Positions 26,427-36,550 of a DNA stretch of 39,704 nucleotides are shown here, piece by piece (the stretch's first letter is position 1; each line of letters begins with the position of its first letter). The notes under the pieces were generated by a model that saw only the letters and a program-made list of their open reading frames with translations, was not told the DNA's origin and did no database searches. The stretch lies in sequence record NC_007456.1. One strand, written 5' to 3'. The translations under genes and the position numbers were made by a program. This stretch comes from Escherichia phage K1F.

Positions 26427-28709
26427 ATGGCTAGTAATATTGAATCAGCTCTGGCTAATCGGACTATGGGTCGTGGCAGAGCGCCGGGTAAAACTATCGC
26501 CGTCAACTATCAAGCAGCCAGCGTTCAGGCTCCAACTGGTGACTCAGGTCTGGCTCGGGCGTTAACCAACTTCGTTGAGTCTGGTACTGGATTATACAAG
26601 CAGTTCAAAGACGAGGAGAAGACACGGGCCGACGAGCGGTCTAACGAGATTATCCGTAAGCTGACACCTCAGCAAAGACGTGAGGCTATCCAGAACGGCA
26701 CATTGCTGTATCAGGATGACCCTTACGCTATGGAAGCACTTCGAGTCAAGACTGGTCGTAATGCTGCCTTTGCTGTAGACGACGAGATTAACGTTAAGAT
26801 TCAGAACGGTGAGTTCCGTACACGTCAGGACATGGAAGAGTATCGCCACCAGCGACTTCAGGACGCCGCTAAGTCCTATGCTGAAGAGGCGGGTATTAAC
26901 CCTACGGACGAGTTCTTCCAGCGTGGGTTCAACGATAACATCACAGACCGCAACATCGCTATCTATGGGTCTTTCAATAAGTATTTCAGCAAGCAGTCTG
27001 AAGAGACAGCAATGTTGAACACCCGTATTGAGATGAACTCATTCCTGAACGATGGCGACCTGATGCGTTCACCTGAGTCTGGCAAGACATTCATGGCCTA
27101 CCTTCGTGACGGACTGACTACTGCTGCTATCCCCTCGGACCAGCGAGCGCGGGAGGTCATTACCCAGACGGTCCGTGACGCAATCCAGAAGTCAGGCGGC
27201 TCAAACTTCCTACAGCAAGTACGAGGCGAGCGAATCACCCTTAACGGCGTGGATGCTACAGTCGAAGAGATTGTAGGACCTGATATCTTCAACGCTGCTA
27301 TTGTTGAGGCACAAGGAACTGAGTACAAGCTGGTGGCTAAGTATCAGGAAGACTTAGCGTTAGGCGTTCAGTCTGCGATTCTTCAGGACGACCCAACCAT
27401 CGGTCTGGCCCAGATTCAAAAACTCAAGGAGCAGAACAACCTGCTTCAACCGGGTGAAGAACTCACACCTCAGCGTCAGATGCTTATTAATGCCGAAGCC
27501 AGCTTACTGGAAGCGGTAAAGCGTAAGTCTGCTGAACAGGCGAAGGAGAACACGAAGTTAATCCAGACCCAGAACAAGCAACTGGTCATTGACCAAGTGT
27601 ATCAGCGACGTCTGGCTGGAGACAACGTGTCCACCAACTATGAGGACCTTCCGGTCTCTGAAGCCACAGGAGAGTTCAAGCGTTCAGACATGAACAACTA
27701 TGCGTCTTCTAAGCTACAGCAGATTGACCAGATGGACATACCTGAGGCTGCTAAGGACGCCCAGAAGGTGGCATTGTTAAGAGCTGACACTAACAACGGT
27801 CCGTTCCGTAATGCCTTCCAGACGCTTACTCAGGACGCTGCTGGTGAGTGGCAAGCTGCTGTCATCCGTGGACAGTACGACCCAGACAAGATGAAACGCT
27901 TCGAGTCTCTTCGTCGTGCCTACACTCAGGACCCTTCAAGTTTCGCTGCTCTGTATCCTGACCAAGCTCAGCTGTTCTCTACGTTCGACCAGATGGACAA
28001 GATGGGTCTGGACCCTCAGACGATGATTGAAGCTGATAAGCAAGCTGCAAGTCAAAGCCGTGAGATGCGCATGGAGTCAGACAAGGCGTGGCAGGAGTTG
28101 AAGAACGACTCTCGGAATAAGGACCTTTCGCGTCTTCCTACGTCTCTGGACTCAAGTGCTCGTAAGGTCTGGGACTCATGGTACTATCGTACAGGTAACG
28201 CTGACGCTGCAACTCAGCAGACTCAACGCTGGCTGAATGAGAACACCGTAACGTTCCAGTCTGAGGGTTCTGATGGTAAGTCCATCGGCATGGTGTCCAA
28301 ACACCAGCTTATGGTCGGGGATAACCCAGAGTCGTGGCAGGTGGGTCGAGACATTATAGACACAGCTCGTCAGCAGCTCATTAAGGCCAACCCTTGGGTA
28401 GTGAACTCTCAGTTGTCCGTTGTTGAACAGAACGGCTCTATCTTCCTCCAAGACGCTACGGGGACTATTCGTATTCGATACGATAAAGAACTTGTAGGTA
28501 AACTCTACCGCGAACAACAGCAGAAGGCACAAGATGCCGCATATGCTCAGGCAGAACGTGACGCTAACAAGCGAGCGCGTATCGTCGGGACTAAAGCTGC
28601 TGGTGACAAACGTCGAGCTGACCGAGAGGCCAACATCGAGAAGCGCGGTGGGATGTACAATGACGTCTCACTGGAGGGTATCGCAAATGCACTAATCGGT
28701 AAGGAGTAA
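26427..28709 (+). CDS. 15: Internal virion protein C (T7 gene 15 homolog)
   Basis: ADERSNEIIRKLTPQQRREAIQNGTLLYQDDPYAMEALRVKTGRNAAF matches T7 gp15 nearly exactly; collinear thereafter. Confidence 0.93.
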   Translation: MASNIESALANRTMGRGRAPGKTIAVNYQAASVQAPTGDSGLARALTNFVESGTGLYKQFKDEEKTRADERSNEIIRKLTPQQRREAIQNGTLLYQDDPYAMEALRVKTGRNAAFAVDDEINVKIQNGEFRTRQDMEEYRHQRLQDAAKSYAEEAGINPTDEFFQRGFNDNITDRNIAIYGSFNKYFSKQSEETAMLNTRIEMNSFLNDGDLMRSPESGKTFMAYLRDGLTTAAIPSDQRAREVITQTVRDAIQKSGGSNFLQQVRGERITLNGVDATVEEIVGPDIFNAAIVEAQGTEYKLVAKYQEDLALGVQSAILQDDPTIGLAQIQKLKEQNNLLQPGEELTPQRQMLINAEASLLEAVKRKSAEQAKENTKLIQTQNKQLVIDQVYQRRLAGDNVSTNYEDLPVSEATGEFKRSDMNNYASSKLQQIDQMDIPEAAKDAQKVALLRADTNNGPFRNAFQTLTQDAAGEWQAAVIRGQYDPDKMKRFESLRRAYTQDPSSFAALYPDQAQLFSTFDQMDKMGLDPQTMIEADKQAASQSREMRMESDKAWQELKNDSRNKDLSRLPTSLDSSARKVWDSWYYRTGNADAATQQTQRWLNENTVTFQSEGSDGKSIGMVSKHQLMVGDNPESWQVGRDIIDTARQQLIKANPWVVNSQLSVVEQNGSIFLQDATGTIRIRYDKELVGKLYREQQQKAQDAAYAQAERDANKRARIVGTKAAGDKRRADREANIEKRGGMYNDVSLEGIANALIGKE

Positions 28710-28713
28710 CATA

Positions 28714-31700
28714 ATGGCGACTCGTGGTATTCGCAATAACAATCCGGGGAACATCCGGGTAAGTAAGGACCAATGGGAAGGAATGACTGGAGATGATGGC
28801 GCATTTGTCACTTTCGATAGTCCAGAGTCTGGCGTCCGAGCTTTAGGTAAAAACCTGCTGTCCTACGGTCGCCAAGGTTATGACTCCATCGAGAAGATCA
28901 TCAACCGATGGGCGCCTCCTAATGAGAATGACACTCAGGCTTATATTGACTCAGTGGTGGCTGCGACTGGTATCCCAGCTACCCAGAGTCTAGACCTCTC
29001 GAACCCGGACACCCTGTCTGCTCTGGCGCAAGCTATCAGCTTCCATGAGACAGGTTCCCGGTACAACCCTGAAGTATACCAACAGGGGGTCGCAAGAGCA
29101 CTCAACGGTATCAGCCCAAAGACTCCACCAGTAAGCGCTAACGTATTTGACGCACTCACGGAAGGACTCAAGGCTAAACCTAAAGTAGCTCTGGGTGAGA
29201 ACCTTCCGACCGCTGCTGGTCTGAACATTGAGGGTCAAGCACCTGAAGCTCCCAACGAATCGTTCGGTGAGATGTTCTATAAGGCTACTGGAGAGACCAT
29301 GCAGGAACGAGAGGATCGCTCTACGTGGTTCGGTTTCGGTACGGCTACAGAAGCTGAAGTGAAGAACTCTATGGTCGGCGTGGCTATCCGCGCTGGTCAG
29401 ACTGAGGACTCACTGGATGTCATTGGCGATGTGTTCAACCCAACCCGATGGAATAACCATAAGTGGTCTCGTGAGGAGCTGGACCAGATTCGTAACGCTG
29501 GGGTTCTGCCTCAGTATTACGGGGTCATTACTGGTGGCTCCCCTCAGAACCTGACCGAGCTTATTAACTTGGCGCTTGAGAACCAGAAGTTTGACCAAGA
29601 GAAGGCCAAGGCCGGGACTGGCGCTCAACTGGCGGCTGGTGTGATTGGTGCTGGCGTGGACCCTCTGACCTACGTTCCTATTGCTGGGCAGGTAGGTAAA
29701 GGTGGGAAGCTAGTCAACAAGATGTTCACTGTGGCTGCTCAGTCTGGTGCTCTGGCTGGGGCATCCGAGATTGCTCGAACCTCAGTTGCTGGTGGGGACG
29801 CTCATGTGGCTGAGGCAATTATGGGCGGTGCTCTCTTCGGTGGGGGAATGACAGCTATCGGGGACGCTATCGGCAAGGCCTTAGGCAAGTCAACCAACGA
29901 GTTCGCCGGGCCAGCCACACGTCTGGAAGCCCGTGAGACTGCACGTAATGTTGATGGTCAGGACCTGTCGCGTATGCCAATCCGTGAAGGAGAGGAGACC
30001 TTTAGTCACCAAGGCGTTAAGTTCGCTGACGTGCCGAATGAGCCGGGAAGTGTACGATTAGAAGACGGTTCAATCCTGATTGGTGAGAACCCTCTGAACC
30101 CTAAGACACGTCAAGTCTTTGACGAAGTGATTGAGCCAGAACGTGCCGCTGCTGGTGTGAACCTTGGCGGACTTACCGAGATTGGTCTGAAGCTGCTTCG
30201 GTCTGAGAACCCGGAGATTCGTGGTGTAGCTACTGACTTAGTGCGTTCACCGACTGGTATGCAGTCTGGGGCCTCAGGTAAAATCGGGACCACTGCGTCT
30301 GACGTATTCGAGAGACTTCGTGCTGTAGACCATCGGTTCTACAACGACATCGACGATGCTGTTACTGAGGCACTCAAGGACCCTTACTTCCAGACAGCAT
30401 TCTGGCGAGACTCTGGCGCATTCCGTCAAGACATCTATCAGCGTGTGTCTATGGCTATCGAAGATGGTAGTGGGAACCTGAAGGCTGAACTGACTCCGGG
30501 AGAACTGAAAGTCTATGACCTGCTGAAGAACCAGTTCGACGCCAAGCGTGAGATGATGGAGAACCCAGCTATGTTTGGTCGGCCAGACGCTCAGTCTATC
30601 TTTCCGGGCAGCCGCTTCAAGGGAACCTACGTCCCGCATGTGTATAGCAAACAGATGAAGGAGCTGTACATCAAGGAGCTTGGGAGTCCAGAGGCGTTGC
30701 AGGAGGCCATCAAGAAGTCATGGTTGACCAGCTATGCGTCTCGACCTGAAGTCAAGAAACGCGTGGACGAGGCACTCTTAGAGGCTGACCCTACGTTGAC
30801 CCCAGAAGGACTTGCTGCTGCGGTCGATAAGTACGCCAACGATAAGGCTTACGGTATCTCTCACACCGAGCAGTTCGAACGTTCATCCGTAATGGAAGAG
30901 AACATCAACGGTCTGGTTGGTCTGGAGAACAACAGCTTCCTTGAGGCTCGTAACCTGTTCGATAGCGATATGTCAATCGTCCTACCTAACGGTCAGACCT
31001 TCAGTGTCAACAACCTGCGTGAGTGGGACATGGACAAGATTGTCCCGGCCTACAACCGTCGAATTAATGGCGATATTGCTATCATGGCTGGTACAGGCAA
31101 AACCACGAAGGACATGAAGGACTTGGTTGAGACCATGATGAACAAGGCTGGGGATGACGGTAAGTTGAAAGGTGAAGTATCTACCTTACGTGACACCTTG
31201 AAGATTCTAACTGGTCGTGCTCGACGTGATGGTGCTGATGATGCAGCCTTCGCTACCGTGATGCGCACAATGACAGACCTATCGTTCTTCGCTAAGAATG
31301 CCTACATGGGTGTTCAGAACTTAACGGAGATTGGTGGTATGCTGGCTCGTGGCAACGTTCGTGCAATGCTGCATGGAGTCCCAATTTTCCGTGACCTAGC
31401 CTTCCGTAACAAGAAGGTTGGGGCCTCAGAGATTAAGGACCTGCACAATGTTATCTTCGGTAAGGAACTGGATGACTCAATCCGTCCGTCTAAACAGGAT
31501 GTCATTGACCGTCTGCGATCTTACAGTGACCTAGGTCGTGGTACAGCTACAGCTCTGGGGACTGCCAAGTATTACACTGGCGAACTTGCAGTACGCTCTC
31601 CGTTCACTAAAGTCCTCAACGGTACGACCAACTACCTGTTAGATGCTGGACGTCAGGGCTTCCTGTCTGACATCGTGGAGCATAGCCTGACTGGTAGTAA

Positions 31701-32601
31701 GCGTAAGTTCGATGACCGCTGGCTGAAGACCGCTGGTATCTCTGACGAGCAGTGGAAGGGCATTAAGTCCCTCATCCGTGAGTCAGTGACGCGTGGTCCA
31801 GACGGGAAGTACACCATCAAGGATAAGAAGGCGTTCAGTCAGGACCCAAGGGCTATGGACCTGTGGCGTATGGGTGACACCATCGCTGATGAAACGTTAC
31901 TCCGTCCTCATAAGCTGTCCAACATGGACGCCAAGGCTTATGGTCCTATCGCTAAGACTGTCCTTCAGTTTAAGAACTTCGTCATCAAGTCCATCAATGG
32001 GCGAACCATGCGTACCTTCTATAACGCCACGAAGAACAACCGAGCGATTGACGCTGCACTATCGACCGTGATGTCTATGGGTCTGGCTGGTATCTACTAC
32101 ATGGCTCAGGCGCACGTCAAGGCTTATGCTATGCAGGATGGTCGAGACCGTGACTACCTTAAGCAAGCTCTGGACCCGACGATGATTGGTTATGCGGCTC
32201 TGTCCCGTAGTTCACATCTGGGTGGCCCACTTGGGGTAGCTAACATTCTAGGTGGCATCGCTGGGTATGAGGACACTAAGATGCTCCGTTCGTCTATCCT
32301 ACCTCGTTCGCCTACAGAGAAGCCTGAACGTGCCATCACGTTTGGTGCAGCTACAAGTGACCCTGTGATGAATGTTGTTGGTAACTTCTTGGAGCAGGTT
32401 CCAGCTTTCGGATATGCTGCTAACGTTGGCGTTTCTGCTTACAACTTGGCTGGCTACCTCAAGGCTGATACTCGTGTCAACGAGCGTGACTACATGACCG
32501 GGATGTATAATACGTTCCGTGAACTGGTTCCGAACGACCCCATTACCCAGAAGCTGTTGCTTGGAATGTTTGAGGAGCAAGGCATCCACATCAAGGACTA
32601 A
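28714..32601 (+). CDS. 16: Internal virion protein D (T7 gene 16 homolog), 1295 aa; N-terminal ~140 aa divergent from T7
   Basis: Collinear with T7 gp16 from about residue 190 (...FGFG.A.EAE...RLEARETARN...DLVRSPTGMQSGASGK...NPAMFG...GTYVPHVY...); N-terminus starts MATRGIRNNNPGNIR. Confidence 0.93.
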   Translation: MATRGIRNNNPGNIRVSKDQWEGMTGDDGAFVTFDSPESGVRALGKNLLSYGRQGYDSIEKIINRWAPPNENDTQAYIDSVVAATGIPATQSLDLSNPDTLSALAQAISFHETGSRYNPEVYQQGVARALNGISPKTPPVSANVFDALTEGLKAKPKVALGENLPTAAGLNIEGQAPEAPNESFGEMFYKATGETMQEREDRSTWFGFGTATEAEVKNSMVGVAIRAGQTEDSLDVIGDVFNPTRWNNHKWSREELDQIRNAGVLPQYYGVITGGSPQNLTELINLALENQKFDQEKAKAGTGAQLAAGVIGAGVDPLTYVPIAGQVGKGGKLVNKMFTVAAQSGALAGASEIARTSVAGGDAHVAEAIMGGALFGGGMTAIGDAIGKALGKSTNEFAGPATRLEARETARNVDGQDLSRMPIREGEETFSHQGVKFADVPNEPGSVRLEDGSILIGENPLNPKTRQVFDEVIEPERAAAGVNLGGLTEIGLKLLRSENPEIRGVATDLVRSPTGMQSGASGKIGTTASDVFERLRAVDHRFYNDIDDAVTEALKDPYFQTAFWRDSGAFRQDIYQRVSMAIEDGSGNLKAELTPGELKVYDLLKNQFDAKREMMENPAMFGRPDAQSIFPGSRFKGTYVPHVYSKQMKELYIKELGSPEALQEAIKKSWLTSYASRPEVKKRVDEALLEADPTLTPEGLAAAVDKYANDKAYGISHTEQFERSSVMEENINGLVGLENNSFLEARNLFDSDMSIVLPNGQTFSVNNLREWDMDKIVPAYNRRINGDIAIMAGTGKTTKDMKDLVETMMNKAGDDGKLKGEVSTLRDTLKILTGRARRDGADDAAFATVMRTMTDLSFFAKNAYMGVQNLTEIGGMLARGNVRAMLHGVPIFRDLAFRNKKVGASEIKDLHNVIFGKELDDSIRPSKQDVIDRLRSYSDLGRGTATALGTAKYYTGELAVRSPFTKVLNGTTNYLLDAGRQGFLSDIVEHSLTGSKRKFDDRWLKTAGISDEQWKGIKSLIRESVTRGPDGKYTIKDKKAFSQDPRAMDLWRMGDTIADETLLRPHKLSNMDAKAYGPIAKTVLQFKNFVIKSINGRTMRTFYNATKNNRAIDAALSTVMSMGLAGIYYMAQAHVKAYAMQDGRDRDYLKQALDPTMIGYAALSRSSHLGGPLGVANILGGIAGYEDTKMLRSSILPRSPTEKPERAITFGAATSDPVMNVVGNFLEQVPAFGYAANVGVSAYNLAGYLKADTRVNERDYMTGMYNTFRELVPNDPITQKLLLGMFEEQGIHIKD

Positions 32602-32619
32602 ACTATCACTATAGGAAAC
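32597..32619 (+). promoter_or_regulatory. Phage RNAP promoter copy 10 (ACTAAACTATCACTATA|GGAAAC)
   Basis: Consensus match; overlaps gene 16 stop; upstream of tail spike gene. Confidence 0.75.
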
Positions 32620-32665
32620 GGGAGGCGCTACCATAGGTCTCCGCTTAAATCACAAAGGAGGCATA

Positions 32666-35600
32666 ATGTCCACGATTACACAATTCCCTTCAGGAAACAC
32701 TCAGTACAGGATTGAGTTCGACTACCTAGCCAGAACGTTTGTTGTTGTTACGCTGGTGAATAGCTCTAACCCTACCCTGAACCGTGTACTGGAAGTTGGT
32801 CGAGATTACCGATTCCTTAACCCAACGATGATTGAGATGTTGGTGGACCAATCAGGTTTCGACATCGTTCGTATTCACCGTCAGACTGGGACTGACTTAG
32901 TGGTAGACTTCAGGAATGGCTCAGTGTTGACAGCTAGTGACCTGACCACTGCAGAGCTTCAGGCTATCCATATTGCAGAAGAAGGTCGAGACCAAACGGT
33001 TGACTTAGCGAAGGAATATGCCGATGCTGCTGGTAGCTCTGCTGGCAACGCTAAGGATAGCGAGGACGAAGCACGACGAATCGCTGAGAGTATCAGGGCA
33101 GCTGGTCTAATTGGTTATATGACCCGTCGCTCCTTCGAGAAAGGCTACAACGTTACAACATGGAGCGAGGTCCTGCTATGGGAAGAGGATGGTGATTATT
33201 ACCGCTGGGATGGTACGCTTCCAAAGAACGTTCCTGCTGGTTCAACTCCTGAAACTTCCGGTGGGATTGGATTAGGTGCGTGGGTTAGTGTTGGTGATGC
33301 TGCTTTAAGAAGTCAGATTTCAAACCCGGAAGGGGCAATACTCTACCCTGAATTACATAGAGCACGCTGGCTTGATGAAAAAGATGCTCGTGGTTGGGGT
33401 GCTAAAGGGGATGGTGTCACTGATGATACAGCAGCGTTAACGAGCGCATTAAACGACACACCGGTTGGACAAAAGATTAATGGCAATGGGAAGACATATA
33501 AGGTCACATCCCTGCCTGACATTAGTCGCTTCATCAACACTCGTTTCGTTTATGAGCGCATTCCCGGACAACCTCTTTATTATGCCTCTGAAGAATTTGT
33601 TCAGGGTGAGCTATTCAAAATAACGGACACCCCTTATTACAATGCGTGGCCTCAGGATAAAGCGTTCGTATATGAGAATGTGATATATGCACCTTACATG
33701 GGTAGCGATCGTCATGGTGTTAGTCGTCTGCATGTATCATGGGTTAAGTCTGGTGATGATGGTCAAACATGGTCTACTCCAGAGTGGTTAACTGATCTGC
33801 ATCCAGATTACCCTACAGTGAACTATCATTGTATGAGTATGGGTGTATGTCGCAACCGTCTGTTTGCCATGATTGAAACACGTACCTTAGCCAAGAACGC
33901 ATTAACCAATTGTGCATTGTGGGATCGCCCCATGTCTCGTAGCCTGCATCTTACTGGTGGTATCACTAAAGCTGCAAATCAGCGATATGCAACAATACAT
34001 GTACCAGACCACGGACTATTCGTGGGTGATTTTGTTAACTTCTCTAATTCTGCGGTAACAGGTGTATCCGGTGATATGACTGTTGCAACCGTAATAGATA
34101 AGGACAACTTCACGGTTCTTACACCCAACCAGCAGACTTCAGATTTGAATAACGCTGGAAAGAATTGGCACATGGGTACTTCTTTCCATAAGTCTCCATG
34201 GCGTAAGACAGATCTTGGTCTAATCCCTAGTGTCACAGAGGTGCATAGCTTTGCTACTATTGATAACAATGGCTTTGCTATGGGCTATCATCAAGGTGAT
34301 GTAGCTCCACGAGAAGTTGGGCTTTTCTACTTCCCTGATGCTTTCAATAGCCCATCTAATTATGTTCGTCGTCAGATACCATCTGAGTATGAACCAGATG
34401 CGTCAGAGCCGTGCATCAAGTACTATGACGGTGTATTATACCTTATCACTCGTGGCACTCGTGGTGATAGACTAGGTAGCTCTTTGCATCGTAGTAGAGA
34501 CATAGGTCAGACTTGGGAGTCACTGAGATTTCCACATAATGTTCATCATACTACATTACCTTTTGCTAAAGTAGGGGATGACCTTATTATGTTTGGTTCA
34601 GAACGTGCAGAAAATGAATGGGAAGCAGGTGCACCAGATGATCGTTACAAGGCATCTTATCCTCGCACCTTCTATGCACGCTTGAATGTAAACAATTGGA
34701 ATGCAGATGATATTGAATGGGTTAACATCACTGACCAGATTTATCAGGGCGGAATAGTTAACTCAGGTGTAGGTGTTGGTTCGGTAGTTGTGAAGGATAA
34801 TTACATCTACTACATGTTTGGTGGAGAGGACCATTTTAACCCATGGACATATGGAGATAACTCAGCGAAAGACCCATTCAAATCGGATGGTCACCCCTCG
34901 GATTTGTATTGCTACAAAATGAAGATTGGCCCAGACAATCGTGTTTCCAGAGATTTCAGATATGGTGCTGTACCCAACAGAGCTGTTCCCGTGTTTTTTG
35001 ATACGAATGGGGTTCGCACTGTTCCTGCGCCAATGGAATTTACAGGGGATTTGGGTTTAGGTCATGTGACCATTAGAGCCAGCACCAGTAGTAACATTCG
35101 CTCTGAAGTTTTAATGGAAGGTGAATATGGGTTTATCGGGAAATCTATACCGACTGATAACCCGGCAGGGCAGCGCATCATATTTTGCGGGGGTGAAGGC
35201 ACCAGTTCAACGACTGGCGCACAGATTACGCTATATGGTGCAAATAACACCGACTCAAGGCGAATAGTTTACAACGGAGATGAGCATCTATTTCAGAGTG
35301 CTGATGTTAAGCCTTATAACGATAACGTCACTGCGCTTGGTGGGCCTAGCAACCGTTTCACCACTGCATACCTCGGAAGCAACCCTATTGTTACTTCTAA
35401 CGGGGAGAGGAAAACAGAGCCGGTAGTTTTTGATGATGCTTTCCTGGATGCCTGGGGTGACGTTCACTACATCATGTACCAGTGGTTAGATGCTGTTCAA
35501 CTGAAAGGCAATGATGCTCGTATTCACTTCGGGGTTATTGCTCAGCAAATTCGTGATGTATTCATTGCACATGGTCTGATGGATGAAAACAGTACGAATT

Positions 35601-35860
35601 GTCGTTATGCTGTTCTGTGCTATGACAAGTATCCACGGATGACCGATACGGTATTTTCGCACAATGAAATCGTTGAACACACTGACGAGGAGGGTAATGT
35701 CACTACTACGGAAGAACCTGTGTACACCGAGGTGGTTATTCACGAAGAGGGTGAGGAGTGGGGTGTTCGGCCTGACGGAATTTTCTTTGCTGAAGCCGCT
35801 TATCAGAGAAGAAAACTGGAAAGAATCGAAGCCAGACTTTCTGCTCTTGAACAGAAGTAA
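32666..35860 (+). CDS. 17: Tail spike: T7 gp17-like N-terminal anchor + large catalytic region + C-terminal intramolecular chaperone domain; probable endosialidase
   Basis: N-terminus FDYLARTFVVVTLVNS...DYRF resembles T7 gp17; C-terminal 153 aa (from S911: TSNGERK...IHFGVIAQQIRDV...) is the self-cleaving chaperone-domain type; 1064 aa with Ser911 matches endoNF of phage K1F from memory. Confidence 0.9.
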   Translation: MSTITQFPSGNTQYRIEFDYLARTFVVVTLVNSSNPTLNRVLEVGRDYRFLNPTMIEMLVDQSGFDIVRIHRQTGTDLVVDFRNGSVLTASDLTTAELQAIHIAEEGRDQTVDLAKEYADAAGSSAGNAKDSEDEARRIAESIRAAGLIGYMTRRSFEKGYNVTTWSEVLLWEEDGDYYRWDGTLPKNVPAGSTPETSGGIGLGAWVSVGDAALRSQISNPEGAILYPELHRARWLDEKDARGWGAKGDGVTDDTAALTSALNDTPVGQKINGNGKTYKVTSLPDISRFINTRFVYERIPGQPLYYASEEFVQGELFKITDTPYYNAWPQDKAFVYENVIYAPYMGSDRHGVSRLHVSWVKSGDDGQTWSTPEWLTDLHPDYPTVNYHCMSMGVCRNRLFAMIETRTLAKNALTNCALWDRPMSRSLHLTGGITKAANQRYATIHVPDHGLFVGDFVNFSNSAVTGVSGDMTVATVIDKDNFTVLTPNQQTSDLNNAGKNWHMGTSFHKSPWRKTDLGLIPSVTEVHSFATIDNNGFAMGYHQGDVAPREVGLFYFPDAFNSPSNYVRRQIPSEYEPDASEPCIKYYDGVLYLITRGTRGDRLGSSLHRSRDIGQTWESLRFPHNVHHTTLPFAKVGDDLIMFGSERAENEWEAGAPDDRYKASYPRTFYARLNVNNWNADDIEWVNITDQIYQGGIVNSGVGVGSVVVKDNYIYYMFGGEDHFNPWTYGDNSAKDPFKSDGHPSDLYCYKMKIGPDNRVSRDFRYGAVPNRAVPVFFDTNGVRTVPAPMEFTGDLGLGHVTIRASTSSNIRSEVLMEGEYGFIGKSIPTDNPAGQRIIFCGGEGTSSTTGAQITLYGANNTDSRRIVYNGDEHLFQSADVKPYNDNVTALGGPSNRFTTAYLGSNPIVTSNGERKTEPVVFDDAFLDAWGDVHYIMYQWLDAVQLKGNDARIHFGVIAQQIRDVFIAHGLMDENSTNCRYAVLCYDKYPRMTDTVFSHNEIVEHTDEEGNVTTTEEPVYTEVVIHEEGEEWGVRPDGIFFAEAAYQRRKLERIEARLSALEQK

Positions 35861-35993
35861 TAAACAAAACCATTTTGCCATTAAGTTGGTGGGGTAGATG
35901 TTAGAAGGTTGTGGAGGTAGAGGCTAACTACACGCTAACCAACGTATGTAACAACTTTGGGTCACGGACGACCCGCTTTAAACTGGAGGTTTT

Positions 35994-36188
35994 ATGATTG
36001 AGTTAGACTTCAAGAATGAGGTCCTTAAAGCCTCTCCTATCGTCGGGACCGCTGCGGCTGATGGTGCCAGTCGGTTCTTCTTTGGACTCACACTGAACGA
36101 ATGGTTCTACGTTGCGGCTATCGCGTACACCGTTGTCCAAATTGGTGTGCTGGTCTACAAAACGATTAAAGGAGGTGGTAAAACATGA
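35994..36188 (+). CDS. 17.5: Holin (T7 gene 17.5 homolog), 64 aa
   Basis: ...SPIVGTAAADGASRFFFGLTLNEWFYVAAIAYTVVQIG... near-identical to T7 gp17.5 core; one TM segment; SD GGAGG. Confidence 0.85.
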   Translation: MIELDFKNEVLKASPIVGTAAADGASRFFFGLTLNEWFYVAAIAYTVVQIGVLVYKTIKGGGKT

Positions 36189-36448
36189 CGCAGATGGACT
36201 TAGAGAAGTTCCTATTGATGCTGGATACTGAACGTGCTCGACTCATGCTGCAAGACTTACGTGACGACTCTAAGCGTTCACCTCAGCTCTACAACGCCAT
36301 TGAGAAGCTGCTTGCTCGTCACAACTTTGTGTTAAGCAAGGTGTCTGTGGACGAGAAGACGCTGGCTGATATGGAGGCCCTGAACGCAGAGTACGATAAG
36401 GTGCTTTCAGCGACTGAGGATAATGACACCGGGTATGGTGTTCAATAA
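36185..36448 (+). CDS. 18: Terminase small subunit (T7 gene 18 homolog)
   Basis: ...RSPQLYNAIEKLLARH.F... matches T7 gp18 (RSPQLYNAIEKLLDRHKF); ATGA overlap with holin. Confidence 0.85.
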   Translation: MTQMDLEKFLLMLDTERARLMLQDLRDDSKRSPQLYNAIEKLLARHNFVLSKVSVDEKTLADMEALNAEYDKVLSATEDNDTGYGVQ

Positions 36449-36452
36449 GTGT

Positions 36453-36498
36453 TAGACTCAAGGTCATTACTATATGTAGTGGCCTTTATGGTTAACAC
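36453..36498 (+). promoter_or_regulatory. Conserved ~45-bp element C (RNase III-site-like), after gene 18
   Basis: TAGACTCAAGGTCATTACTATATGTAGTGGCCTTTATGGTTAACAC; T7 R18.5 position. Confidence 0.4.
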
Positions 36499-36550
36499 TA
36501 ACTAGTGGAGGCGACTCTACGTGAAAATCTGATAAACCGGGAGGGCAACT

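Noticed and set aside
35664-35897. 77-aa ORF overlapping the tail spike 3' end
   Set aside because: Alternate frame of the conserved C-terminal chaperone domain; no independent support
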